Source: Macrostomum lignano (Eukaryota). Taken from it: a DNA stretch of 64,000 nt. Shown one piece after another: positions 1-13,100 of the stretch (position 1 is the first letter of the stretch; each line of letters opens with the position of its first letter). Under the pieces are notes generated by a model, which saw nothing but the letters and a program-made list of their open reading frames with translations, did not search any database and was not told the DNA's origin. The stretch covers positions 62,001 through 126,000 of the forward strand of contig NIVC01001029.1 of assembly GCA_002269645.1 (NCBI GenBank). The letters are read 5' to 3'. The position numbers were made by a program, and so were the translations under genes.

Positions 1-990
1 CTCGGACAGAATCGGACTCGGACAGAATCGGACTCGGACAGAATCGGACTCGGACAGAATCGGACTCGGACAGAATCGGACTCGGACAGAATCGGAATCG
101 GAATTGGACAGAATCGGACTCGGACAGAATCGGACTCGGACAGAATCGGACTCGGACAGAATCGGACTCGGACAGAATCGGACTCGGACAGAATCGGACT
201 CGGACAGAATCGGAATCGGACAGAATCGGACTCGGACAGAATCGGCCTCGGACAGAATCGGAATCGGACAGAATCGGACTCGGACAGAGTCGGAATCGGA
301 CAGAATCGGACTCGGACAGAATCGAACTCGGACAGAATCGGAATCGGACAGAATCGGACTCGGACAGAATCGGAATCGGACAGAATCGGACTCAGACAGA
401 ATCGGACTCGGACAGAATCGGACTCGGACAGAATCGGACTCTGACAGAATTGGACTCGGACAGAATCGAACTCGGACAGAATCGGACTCGGACAGAATTG
501 GACTGGGATAGAATCGGACTCGGAATCGGACAGAATCGGACTCGGACAGAATCGGACTCGGACAGAATCGGACTCGGACAGAATCGGACTCGGACAGAAT
601 CGGACTCGGACAGAATCGGACTCGGACAGAATCGGACTCGGACAGAATCGGACTCGGACAGAATCGGACTCGGACAGAATCGGACTCGGACAGAATCGGA
701 CTCGGACAGAATCGGACTCGGACAGAATCGGACTCGGACAGAATCGGACTCGGACAGAATCGGACTCGGACAGAATCGGACTCGGACAGAATCGGACTCG
801 GACAGAATCGGACTCGGACAGAATCGGACTCGGACAGAATCGGACTCGGACAGAATCGGACTCGGACAGAATCGGACTCGGACAGAATCGGACTCGGACA
901 GAATCGGACTCGGACAGAATCGGACTCGGACAGAATCGGACTCGGACAGAATCGGACTCGGACAGAATCGGACTCGGACAAAATCGGACT
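1..990. repeat. Minisatellite, 16-bp unit CTCGGACAGAATCGGA (intronic, runs off the window)
   Basis: About 60 near-perfect copies; abuts the splice donor at 988-993. Confidence 0.97.
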
Positions 991-993
991 CAC

Positions 994-1348
994 AGTCAGG
1001 GCAAGGCAGCTTGGCCACCGTGCCGTTCGGAGTTCGAGGCCAGGTGAGGAAGCCGTCATTGTAGGCCGGGCAAAACCGCCTCTGCTCCTTGCTGAGGGTG
1101 GCTGCAAGTTGGCAGGGAGACTCAGTGACAGTAACGCGACTCTGGCTCAGAGCAGTAGTAAACCAGCTAGTCAGAAAAGTCTTTCAAAGGTAATTCGAGC
1201 CAATTTATTCTTAGAGCTCATTAAATGTGTCTGAAAGAAGACTGGAAAATTGAAGAGCTATTCTTACTCATGATGCGGCATAAGGATTCTGGATAAATTC
1301 TTCGTTCCGGATCGCTGCAGGCAAGAAGATTCAAGAAGCCTTCATCTA
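994..1348 (-). CDS. Exons of a hormone-receptor (HRM/HormR) domain GPCR, secretin/adhesion class; partial gene continuing beyond the left edge
   Basis: Exons 1348-1268 (81 bp, TAG|..|GTAAGA) and 1101-994 (108 bp, TTGCAG|..|GTGAGT) are both phase 1-1. They splice in frame to ...ESLCRIMTTLSKEQRRFCPAYNDGFLTWPRTPNGTVAKLPCPD, matching the C-x-DG-x-W-P-x-T-x-G-x-PCP HormR pattern. Confidence 0.75.
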
Positions 1349-1655
1349 CTATGACGAAATTGAATGAACTGCAATTATGAGAATGCCGCTGCTTCGGTGG
1401 TTCCGGGGTATTTTTCCCGATTTCCTGTTGCGACTCTTTGCGCTTGCCAAACGGCGGTTGAGAAACGGAAGAATTTCGTCGGGCTGAACCGGCCCACCGC
1501 ACCAGGGGGTCGGGATGGGGGTTGGCCAAAAACTACAGGGTTGCAGTGGGGGGAGAGGAAAATCGGGCAAAAAACAAAAAACCCCAGCGCTCGCTGTCCC
1601 CCCCCCCCGCGCTCGTGTTTGCCCCGGGATTTTCGGTGTGAATAATTTATGCTAC

Positions 1656-1856
1656 CTTGGCAGCTGGGCGAACCAGCCAGCGTTCCCGGGACTTGGGGGG
1701 GGGGGGGTTCCTCCCGGAACTGCATGCGGCTCAGCAGGCGGCAGGGGCGCACGGTCGGGGGCAGGAGCAGGGGGCGCTGGCCAATCCTCCAGTTGTCAAA
1801 AGTAGCCGTCAGGTCCTGTCGGGCGTGCTGATTCCAGCTGGCCAACTTGCTGACCG
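1656..1856 (-). CDS. Candidate upstream exon of the HormR-domain gene
   Basis: ACACAG acceptor, 201 bp open frame (VSKLASWNQHARQD...SPSCQ), phase 1-1, in frame with exon 1348-1268. The donor GTAGCA is weak and no domain is recognised. Confidence 0.4.
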
Positions 1857-1949
1857 CTGTGTGTTTTCTAAGAATTTCTTAGCGCTACCTGGGTCGGGCG
1901 ACTTGCTTTAACTTGCGTCGTGATGGGTACTTTCGGATTGTGAGTTCGG

Positions 1950-2483
1950 GTCACTCCGAATATCTAGGACACTCCGAATCTCTGGGTCACTCCGAATCTC
2001 TGGGTCACTCCGAATCTCTGGGTCACTCCGAATCTCTGGGTCACTCCGAAACTCTGGGTCACTCAGAATCTCTGGGTCACTCCGAATCTCTGGGTCACTC
2101 CGAATCTCTGGGTCACTCCAAATTTCTGGGTCGCTCCGAATCTCAGAGTCACTCCGAATCTCTGGGTCACTCCGAATCTCTGGGTCACTCCAAATTTCTG
2201 GGTCGCTCCGAATCTCAGAGTCACTCCGAATCTCTGGGTCACTCCGAATCTCTGGGTCACTCTGAATCTCTGGATCACTCTGAATCTCTGGGTCACTCTG
2301 AATCTCTGGGCCACTCCGAATCTCTGGATCACTCTGAATCTCTGGATCACTCTGAATCTCTGGGTCACTCTGAATCTCTGGGTCACTCCGAATCTCAGAG
2401 TCACTCAGAATCTCTGGGTCACTCTGAATCTCTGGGTCAATCCGAATCTCTGGGTCACCCCGAATCTCTGGGTCACTCCGAAA
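1950..2483. repeat. Minisatellite, 18-bp unit GGGTCACTCCGAATCTCT
   Basis: About 30 copies; source of the GHSESL ORF. Confidence 0.95.
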
Positions 2484-2959
2484 TATGAGGAATACTGAGC
2501 TTGTCTCTGCATGTCCCTTTTAATATTAGGTCCACGCCTAGACATTAGGGTCACTCTGAAGTATAAAATAGAGTCTGAAATAATTCCACTATTAAGTTGG
2601 TTATTAAATTAAAGCAATGCGGAAGCAGTCTCTCCATGGCAGTTGCTCAAACAGTCAAACAGTCCAAATGATGCTTCTCATCTAATTAATAACAATATTC
2701 AGCATTCATTATCTGTCGTTAAAAGCTTGATCGATGTGAATGTTTTTTCCGCCAAGAGAATCGAGGATGGACTGATTAAAAATCCACTGGGAAGGGTAAT
2801 CCCATTTATCTAATAGGCCACACTGACTGGGATAAATAGGCCATCATCAGCTTGGCAAGCTCAATGAAAATTATTGATGAGGCTTATGAGGAGAAAGTGC
2901 TCATTTGAATTCGCCTCGGTTTATAAGCTTGCGACAACCAGCGTTCAGTTTCCACTCAG

Positions 2960-3295
2960 AGCTGCCAGCCAATCAAAATACGAGTTCGCTGATCTAGTCA
3001 CGTGACTGTTATTAGCCCCCTTAGAGGCAGGAGATAATGGCCCATTGGATAAACTTATACGCTCGCATGGTGCTTTGAAGCCCCCATTTCTACCCTAGCT
3101 TAGATCCTGTAGCCAATGGATATCAGCTTGTAGAGTCACGTGACTTAACGGCAAGGAGAAACCCGCCTCAATTTCTACCCTAGCTTGGATTCTGTAGCCA
3201 ATGAAGATCCGCTTGTAGAGTCACGTGACTTGGTGGCCTCAAATGCAACCTAGCTTAAAATTCTGTAGCCAATAAAGATCAGTCCAGTGACTTGG
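2960..3295. promoter_or_regulatory. Degenerate ~85-bp repeat carrying CCAAT boxes and palindromic E-boxes AGTCACGTGACT
   Basis: CCAAT at 2969, 3113, 3198, 3269; AGTCACGTGACT at 2996, 3134, 3219. Function is not shown. Confidence 0.35.
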
Positions 3296-4494
3296 AGTTG
3301 CAGAGATCCAACTTCACTTTCTGCCCTAGCCTATCGCTCTATGTAGGATATAATTCGAAAAAAGCCAAGTCAATTTACTTTAACCCATTCGTAAACCCAT
3401 TACTCGTAAGGAAAAAAGAACAAGCAGGTGAACTGAAAGTCAATGCTAAAAGCCCACTAAACTTCATTAGCCGGCTGTAGTCTGTACACCGTCAATGCGA
3501 TTTTTGATTCGATTTTCATCAACCCAGCAAGAGGCCCCTAATCGACCAGGAAGCAGTTCAGGATCCCCCGCTGCACGCATTGGAATTAAATCTCAGCCCA
3601 GCTTTTAAGCAGACAAAACAGCCGGATTTGAGGTGGCCACGAAGACAAATGCTCAAAATATGAAGCCTGACGGCTGATGAAGCGGGAGGTCGAAAAAAGG
3701 AGGAAGCGGCGGACGCCTCAGGTGTCCCAGCTAGCTCAGCCGTTTTCAATGGATGAGGCGGAGAGAGGCGAGAGAGGCAGATCCAGGGGAAAGCGAGAGT
3801 TGAAACTCGACCCAGGCAAATAGACGGCAGGGCTCAGCGCCCGCGCAGGCACGCCCCGCGGTCCGCTACCAGCCTCTCTGCATGCTGCTTCATCGCCTTC
3901 TTATCCTTGGGTTTTGATTTTTTACCGATGCGGCCGCGCTGAAACGACCGTTGTTACCCCCCATCCCCTCCCTCTGTCACTGGACACCCCTTCCCCACCG
4001 CTCCTGTCGCACGGGAGCTAATTAAGAAAGACGAAATCTTTTTTTCGGCAAGGCGGGGGATTTATTGCTCACCGGGTGGCGCCGCGGCTGACAGGCCGAC
4101 TCCGCAATTCGAGGCCGCAGTCCGGGGACAATCCACTTGAACGCGCATTGCCAGGATTCTTGATGAAGCTCAGATGCTGCTCAGTCGGTCACTTGAGTCC
4201 TGCCTGTGCAACAGCCAAACGGCCGAGACTTTGCGATTGATTTATATCCCTCTTGATGGGGGATTTGGAAGCCGAGGTTATTGGTGGGATTCGGACGAGC
4301 CAATGGGAAAGCTGATGGCGCTGCAAATGTTTTAGCTGAGCGCTGTGCTGGGCTGAGCTCCTGTAGACGGTTGCTGATTCTGAAGAAATTTATCGGAGGC
4401 AAGCAGAAACAGGGCCTTAGTCTCAGCAGATGAAGCAGTTTAAATCTTTGTTGTATTGGAGAGAAAGTTCTTGCTCATTAGTGATTGTTAGCAG

Positions 4495-4890
4495 GAGAGT
4501 TGCACTACGAGAGGGGAATTGCAATCCGAGAGGAGAATTGCACTCTGAGAGGGGAATTGCACCCCGAGAGGGGAATTGCAATCTGAGAGGGGAATTGCAC
4601 TCCGATAGGGGAATTGCACTCCGAGAAAGTAATGCTCACCAAGAGCGGAATTGCACACCGCCGCGAGAGGGGAATTGTACACCAAGAAGGGAATTGCACA
4701 CCTAGAGGATAATTGAACACCAAGAGGGGAATTGCACACCTAGAGGATAATTGAACACCAAGAGGGGAATTGCACACCTAGAGGATAATTGAACACCAAG
4801 AGGGGAATTGCACACCTAGAGGATAATTGAACACCAAGAGGGGAATTGCACACCTAGAGGATAATTGAACACCAAGAGGGGAATTGCATG
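4495..4890. repeat. Minisatellite, ~19-bp units maturing into a 38-bp dimer (ACCAAGAGGGGAATTGCACACCTAGAGGATAATTGAAC)
   Basis: Degenerate GAGGGGAATTGCA monomers on the left, perfect 38-mers on the right. Confidence 0.9.
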
Positions 4891-5601
4891 CCGAGAAGGG
4901 AATACTCACCAAGATACCCTTGCCATCATGGCGGATGCACCGCGACCCGAAATCAGCTGTGTCGATACTGGGTAACCTATCGAAATTCTTCGACACATCG
5001 TCCTTGATGCTCCAGAGAGACTACAGAGCGCGCGGATTTGTTTATTCCTGTGGCCTCACTGGGTGCTGCGGACTGCTCTTTCGACCAAACGTGGGTCGAC
5101 ACCAACTAGATCTCGGCGATCTCGTGATGCTGTCATCAACCGTCGAGAAAAGACATTTTATACCTGATAGAGTTTTTTGCTGATGGAAACGTGACGGAAT
5201 TCTCACGAGATCAACAAGCAGTTACTTCAGCGGAATTCTGCTTCTGCCTGAATTAATTAGTGTATTTATTTGATACGAACTAGCTACCGATTGTAAAATA
5301 TCAGCTTCGAAATTTGAGTACTTATTTGGAGCCCCCAAGTTCTCGGCGGGGCAATATAATGAATTGAGTTGAACTGCCATAAAATGAAGCTCTACTGTGA
5401 CTGCCGGCTTCCTAACTGATCGCAATGATTTTATGCAGCTCCGAGGGGGAGGCGGATGAAGAATGACCTTCAATGCCCCGTCTTTCAATTCTTGTTTCAC
5501 GTCTGCAAAAGATGTCAGACTTCTTAACCGCAAATATAAAAGTGCATTTTTGAACACTACAGATTGCATTTTAAACTTTTGATAGCCCTACTGGTACCAT
5601 A

Positions 5602-6320
5602 TCACTCTCAGCCCCATGCCACACACACTCTCAGCCCCATGCCACACACTCTCAGCCCCATGCCACACTCTCAGCCCCATGCCACACACTCTCAGCCCCA
5701 TGCCACACTCTCAGCCCCATGCCATGCCACACTCTCAGCCCCATGCCACACACTCTCAGCCCCATGCCACATACTCTCAGCCCCATGCCACACACTCTCA
5801 GCCCCATGCCACACACTCTCAGCCCCATGCCACACACACTCTCAGCCCCATGCCACACTCTCAGCCCCATGCCACACTCTCAGCCCCATGCCACACAACA
5901 CCATGCCACACACTCTCAGCCCCATGCCACACACTCTCAGCCCCATGCCACACACTCTCAGCCCCATGCCACACTCTCAGCCCCATGCCACACACTCTCA
6001 GCCCCATGCCACACTCTCTCAGCCCCATGCCACACTCTCAGCCCCATGCCACACACACTCTCAGCCCCATGCCACACTCTCAGCCCCATGCCACACTCTC
6101 TCAGCCCCATGCCACACTCTCAGCCCCATGCCACACACTCTCAGCCCCATGCCACACACACTCTCAGCCCCATGCCACACACTCTCAGCCCCATGCCACA
6201 CACTCTCAGCCCCATGCCACACACTCTCAGCCCCATGCCACACACTCTCAGCCCCATGCCACACACTCCCAGCCCCATGCCACACACACTCTCAGCCCCA
6301 TGCCACACTCTCAGCCCATG
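5602..6320. repeat. Minisatellite CACTCTCAGCCCCATGCCA(CA)n, 19-23 bp
   Basis: About 35 copies with a variable CA count. Confidence 0.95.
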
Positions 6321-7135
6321 CCAAACATGGCAAGGTAAAAGAAAAGACAAAAGAACATTGCCAGATGCATGCAAGGCGGTAAATTTTGCTTTAATTTTCA
6401 GCCTATTGTAAACCAAGCACTTTTCGTTTTGTTTTTAATTTATAGAACAATAAAAAATTGAGAATTTCAAAATAGCGAATAGCTCAAAAGGTGTGAAAAC
6501 TGCAAAATCGAAGTTTGCATTAGATAGAAAAGAAAAGTGAATTGTTTTTTCATTCGGTTGGCTGGATAAGGACAGCTGGAGTTTTGCATAGGATGAGTTT
6601 TTAAAAAAACAATCTGAGCAGAAATGAAAAGCTAATCGATGGCTTTAGAGAAATTCATTATTATTGGCCAGCTGATTGGGTTGGCTTGCGCCTGGGGTAT
6701 CCCAGTGTTGATGCTATTTTTAGCTATTTAAAAATTGACGGTGTCCTTATTGGCTAGAAAAAAAATGGTGAGCACATGGGAATTCCTACTGAAGCTATTA
6801 ATAGAAACAAAACCCGCCACAGGAATCCCTACTGAAGCTATTAATAGCAACAAAATCCGTAACGGCAAAGCCTTGGCTTTAGTTTAAAAAACAGCAGCAC
6901 CACCTGAAAACGACGATATCAATAAATAGTAAGGAAAATAGTTTTTTGCATAATTAATAAACAATTTTGCGAGCGAACCGGGAATAACTTATAGTAATAA
7001 TATTAAAATTTGAGTGCAATAGAAAACACGTATTGGAATCGGGTGCCAAAAATTCTTGGTTAAATTTGCCATTTTTATTGAGTTCAATGTTGAATATCTG
7101 CGACAAAATTATTTATCAAATTCCATGACAAATCC

Positions 7136-10100
7136 TTAAATCAGAGGCTCCTCACGCCGGCGCATCTCAACCATGTCGTTGGCGCGGTAGCGCAGGCTGG
7201 CGCGGAAAGCGGCAGCCGACGACTTCGGGCACAGGCCGATGGTCTAGAATGGCCGGAGAAGGCTTAGGCTTGAATAAACAGCGCAGCGATTTGCTTTCCG
7301 TGTTATAAGTTGGAGAGTTGAGGGGCAGGAAGGGACGGGAGTGAGGTGGGTGACTGGCGGGAGAGTTGAGGGGAAGGAAGGGACGGGAGTGAGGTGGGTG
7401 ACTGGCTGGAGAGTTGAGGGGCAGGAAGGGACGGGAGTGAGGTGGGTGACTGGCTGGAGAGTTGAGGGGCAGGAAGGGACGGGAGTGAGGTGGGTGACTG
7501 GCTGGAGAGTTGAGGGGAAGGAAGGGACGGGAGTGAGGTGGGTGACTGGCTGGAGAGTTGAGGGGCAGGAAGGGACGGGAGTGAGGTGGGTGACTGGCTG
7601 GAGAGTTGAGGGGCAGGAAGGGACGGGAGTGAGGTGGGTGACTGGCTGGAGAGTTGAGGGGCAGGAAGGGACGGGAGTGAGGTGGGTGACTGGCGGGAGA
7701 GTTGAGGGGAAGGAAGGGACGGGAGTGAGGTGGGTGACTGGCTGGAGAGTTGAGGGGCAGGAAGGGACGGGAGTGAGGTGGGTGACTGGCTGGAGAGTTG
7801 AGGGGCAGGAAGGGACGGGAGTGAGGTGGGTGACTGGCTGGAGAGTTGAGGGGCAGGAAGGGACGGGAGTGAGGTGGGTGACTGGCTGGAGAGTTGAGGG
7901 GAAGGAAGGGACGGGAGTGAGGTGGGTGACTGGCTGGAGAGTTGAGGGGCAGGAAGGGACGGGAGTGAGGTGGGTGACTGGCTGGAGAGTTGAGGGGCAG
8001 GAAGGGACGGGAGTGAGGTGGGTGACTGGCTGGAGAGTTGAGGGGAAGGAAGGGACGGGAGTGAGGTGGGTGACTGGCTGGAGAGTTGAGGGGCAGGAAG
8101 GGACGGGAGTGAGGTGGGTGACTGGCTGGAGAGTTGAGGGGCAGGAAGGGACGGGAGTGAGGTGGGTGACTGGCTGGAGAGCTGAGGGGCAGGAAGGGAC
8201 GGGAGTGAGGTGGGTGACTGGCTGGAGAGCTGAGGGGCAGGAAGGGACGGGAGTGAGGTGGGTGACTGGCTGGAGAGCTGAGGGGCAGGAAGGGACGGGA
8301 GTGAGGTGGGTGACTGGCTGGAGAGTTGAGGGGCAGGAAGGGACGGGAGTGAGGTGGGTGACTGGCTGGAGAGCTGAGGGGCAGGAAGGGACGGGAGTGA
8401 GCAGGGCAGGATGAGGGGCAGCAGGGACGGGAGTGAGCAGCGAGGCTAACTGAGTCGAACACACAAACCGCAGCGCACCTGGCAGATCTGTTTCGGATCA
8501 ACGTCCTGCATGAGCAGCTGGATGATGTAGGGCGTGTACTGCTCGATGAAGGAGCGGCAGGCCGATTGCTCCTGTGTTGGCATGAAGTTGCACACCTTCT
8601 CCAGCACGTCCATCACCTCCTTCTCGGTGGCATTTTCCTTCAGCAGCGACTTCACGTAGAGAATGACAGTCTGGCAGATGTCACAGCCGGTGGTCGAGGC
8701 GAGCACGGTGGAGGAACTGAGCAGACGCTCAGAGTCGCCGGCGCAGAGGCCCATGACGCTGCAGACCATGGCCGGGTTGAGGTCCTGGCTGAGCAGCTGC
8801 AGCACGATCGGGGTGTACTGCCGCACCCAGGCGTCGCAGTCGGTTCTAAGGGTCTGCGGCATGATGGAGCAGACAGACTCCAGCGCGGACTGGATGGCCT
8901 CCTCGGTGCGGTTGCTCCCCAGCATCTGGTCCAGCTCCCGGATGATGTACTCGCACAGCACGCACTGCGGCCCGATGCGGGCGCGCCTCGGGGCGGCGGT
9001 ACTGTCGGTTTTGCCGCAGGCGCCCAACGCCTGGCAGACGGTGTTAGGATCGAGCTCAGAGGCCAGCAGCTGGAAGATAATTGGTCCGTACTCGGTGACC
9101 GCCCTGATGCACTGGAAGGCAGCAGAAGAAATTTTAGGATCTGATATAATCAAGGAGATCTTCGCCGTAAATCTAGCATTGAAACCATCGATTCCGAGGA
9201 TTGGAAACAAATACTGTGCGATCGCTACTTGTAGTAGCAAAATTGACTATTTAATTTTTTTTATAATTCATAATTTTATTACAACTGCGATTCGGTATCA
9301 TTTAAGAGCTGAAATTTGGTGTCATTCAAAGGTGACATTAGGCATAACTTAGAGGTGAAATTATGGATCATTTAGGAGTGAAATTATGGATCATTTAGGG
9401 GAGAAATTATGGATCATTTAGGGGTGAAATTATGGATCATTTAGAGGTGAAATTAGATATAATTCAGAGCTGAGATTCGGAATCAATCAGAGCTGAGATT
9501 CGGGATCAATCAGAGCTGAGATTCGGGATCAATCAGGGCTGAGATTCGGGATTAATGTTATTCAAAGTAGAGATTCGGGATCAATCAGAGCAGAGATTCG
9601 GGATCAATCAGAGCTGAGATTCGGGATCAATCAGAGCTGAGATTCGGGATCAATCAGAGCTGAGATTAGATTCGGGATCAATCAGAGCAGAGATTCGGGA
9701 TCATTCAGAGTAGAGATTCGGGATCAATCAGAGCAGAGATTCGGGATCAATCAGAGCTGAGATTAGATTCGGGATCAATCAGAGCTGAGATTCGGGATCA
9801 ATCAGAGCTGAGATTAGATTCGGGATCAATCAGAGCAGAGATTCGGGATCAACCAGAGCTGAGATTCGGGATCAATCAGAGCAGATATTCGGGATCAACC
9901 AGAGCAGAGATTCGGGATCAATCAGAGCTGAGATTCGAGATCAACCAGAGCCGAGATTCGGGATCAATCAGAGCAGATATTCGGGATCAACCAGAGCAGA
10001 GATTCGGGATCAATCAGAGCTGAGATTCGGGATCAATCAGAGCTGAGATTCGGGATCATTCAGAGCCGATATTCTGAACTCTGAGTCGCTCACCTTGTCC

Positions 10101-13100
10101 TTCTCGGCGGGCACGAGATTGCAGACGCGGTTCTTGACGAATTCGATGATCTCCTCCTGAGTCCGATTGTCGCGGATCATCTGCCGCGCCTCGGACACGA
10201 GCATCTCACACACCTGGCATTCGACGTCCTTCAGCGGCTTCTGGGCGGTGCGCTTGATGAATTAGAAAATTGAATTTTGTAAATAAATATTGTAGTATAT
10301 ATTATATCGTTGATTTAACAAACTGATGCTAATTATTAAACCTCGTTAGTTCTGGCAACCAGGGCTCACAAGTCAAGTGGGTAATGTTTATGCTATCAGC
10401 ACTGACCTGGAGCAGCATCAGCTGCATCAACGGATGAGGCTGCAGTTTTCCGTTGGCGGCGGCTGCTGACTGACAAAATTTGATGCCAGTGCAAATCTGC
10501 TTCGGCTCCTGGTCAGGTGAGAGTGGAGATGAAACTGCAGATTAGTTATTTACTGCGTGGCAATAAACAGAGCTTTGCGAAAATGGTGCCAGTTTGTCAG
10601 CATCACCGATATTCGAAATAGCGTTTATCATCAGACCTTGATAGTCCCTCTGGGTTGAAAATCAAGCACCTGTCGCCATCTTTTTAAAAGCCTTACAAAC
10701 CTTGAAACCTCATATAGCTACCAGAGGGCTCACAAACTTCATCTAGCTACCAGAGGCCTCACAAACTTCATCTAGCTACCAGAGGCCTCACAAACTTCAT
10801 CTAGCTACCAGAGGCCTCACAAACTTCATCTAGCTACCAGAGGCCTCACAAACTTCATCTAGCTACCAGAGGCCTCACAAACTTCATCTAGCTACCAGAG
10901 GCCTCACAAACTTCATCTAGCTACCAGAGGCCTCACAAACTTTATCTAGCTACCAGAGGCCTCACAAACTTCATCTAGCTACCAGAGGCCTCACAAACTT
11001 CATCTAGCTACCAGAGGCCTCACAAACTTCATCTAGCTACCAGAGGCCTCACAAACTTCATCTAGCTACCAGAGGCCTCACAAACTTCATCTAGCTACCA
11101 GAGGCCTCACAAACTTCATCTAGCTACCAGAGGCCTCACAAACTTCATCTAGCTACCAGAGGCCTCACAAACTTCATCTAGCTACCAGAGGCCTCACAAA
11201 CTTTATCTAGCTACCAGAGGCCTCACAAACTTCATCTAGCTACCAGAGGCCTCACAAACTTTATCTAGCTACCAGAGGCCTCACAAACATCATCTAGCTA
11301 CCAGAGGCCTCACAAACTTTATCTAGCTACCAGAGGCCTCACAAACATCATCTAGCTACCAGAGGCCTGACAAACTTTATCTAGCTACCAGAGGCCTCAC
11401 AAACTTCATCTAGCTACCAGAGGCCTCACGAACCTCATCTAGCTACCAGAGGCCTCACGAACCTCATCTAGCCACCAGAGGCCTCACAAACTTGACATCT
11501 AGCTACCAGAGACCTCACAAACCTCATCTAGCTTACTAGCTACCAAAAGGCCTCACAAACTTCATCTAGCTACCAGAGGCCTCACAAACCTCATCTAGCT
11601 ACCAAAGGCCTCACAAACTTCATCTAGCTACCAAAGGCCTCACGAACCTCATCTAGCTATCAGAGGCCTCACAAACTTCATCTAGCTACCAGAGGCCTCA
11701 CAAACTTGACATCTAGCTACCAGAGGCCTCACAAAATTGACATCTAGCTACCAGAGGCCTCACAAAATTGACATCTAGCTACCAGAGTCTTTTGATACCA
11801 AATTGCCTTTAACCGTCACTTTTATATAGCGCAAATCTTCCACCAATCGTTCGAACTCACAATTTTGGCGGCCAGCGAGCGCATCACCTCAGGCAGGTAG
11901 GTGTCAACCCACATGTTGCACAGAGACTGCGAGCCGCCCAGCCGGGCACAAACTTCCGTCTTCATCGCCTGGGCAACCTCCGCAATGGTGGACTGTCGCT
12001 GGGCCGCCTGCTTCACGGCGCTCACCAGTTCAACGCAGAGGTCGCAGAATTCGCCGCTGAGGCGGGTCGCAGACGCGGCCAGGTTGGGTCGACGAGCCGG
12101 GGCTCCGGGCACGACGGGCTCGCCGCGCAGCAGCAGCGGAGTCTCAGCGGCAGCGGCAGCGGCTGTCAGTCGGGGGTCCCGACGGCCGGTACCGCACAGG
12201 CTGAGCGCCGGGCAGAGCCGGTCGGCTGGCAGGCCGTCGCGGAACAGGGCAACGATCTCCGGCATGTAGTTGCTGACAATGGCCAAGCAGATGGAGCGGT
12301 GGCGCGGCTCTGGCACAAGGCCGCAGGCGGAGGCGGCCAGACGCTGCGTCTCGGCTGGCGAGGCGGTCCGGTTGCTCAGCGTCAGGCGCTGCAGATCGCT
12401 GGCCAGCAGGCGGCAGAAGCCGCAGTCTCCATTGGCGTCAGACAGGCTGCCACTGCCGCCTCGCTGGCCACTGGATGGGGCGGCAGCTGTGCGCCAAATG
12501 CGGCCGCAGTAACCAACAGAGCTGCATTCTTTCACAGTGCCCAGGTGGGTGCACCAGTAGCTGGGGCCCCAGGTGCACCGGTTTTGGCCTAGGAGGATTG
12601 CTAAATTTAAAAGGATAGAAAAAAGAGGAGAGTGAGAATTAGTAGTGAAATTGACACTTGAAAGTTGGCATTTGATGCATTTGTACCATATAGAACCTTG
12701 ATTTGTATTTTTAAAACCAATTCTAAATAATACTACAAATTTAGTGATTTTTTAAGATTTCAAGGCTTATGGGACATTGCTAAGATGTCAAGGGGGTTGA
12801 TATGCTAAGGCTTGTGGGGGGATTTTCTGACATGTCAAGGCTTACAATGTATAACTTGTACTGCATTTTTTGGCTCCCCAACAGGCGCTGATTGCTAGTA
12901 TGCTACTAATCATATAATTTATTCTTATTATTTGCACATGACCAAGATGGCCACATACCATGATGGCCACAGCTCTAAATGTCTAAATAGATAATTATAA
13001 GCCTTGGTCTATATATTTCATTTATCCCCTATTGGTAGTAATTTGTATTAGATATAGATCAAAAAGTCTTAAAGAGATAGATGCTATTATAATAAAATTA

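Noticed and set aside
5222-5569. 115-aa ORF
   Set aside because: No domain, AT-rich codon usage unlike the real exons, and no clear splice sites.
6778-6860. Two-copy ~45-bp direct repeat
   Set aside because: A simple local duplication with no further structure.
104-8501. Long repetitive ORFs (SDRIGLGQ, GHSESL, HSQPHAT, SPASHPPH, etc.)
   Set aside because: These are translations of minisatellites, open in several frames and on both strands; several lie inside introns of recognisable genes.
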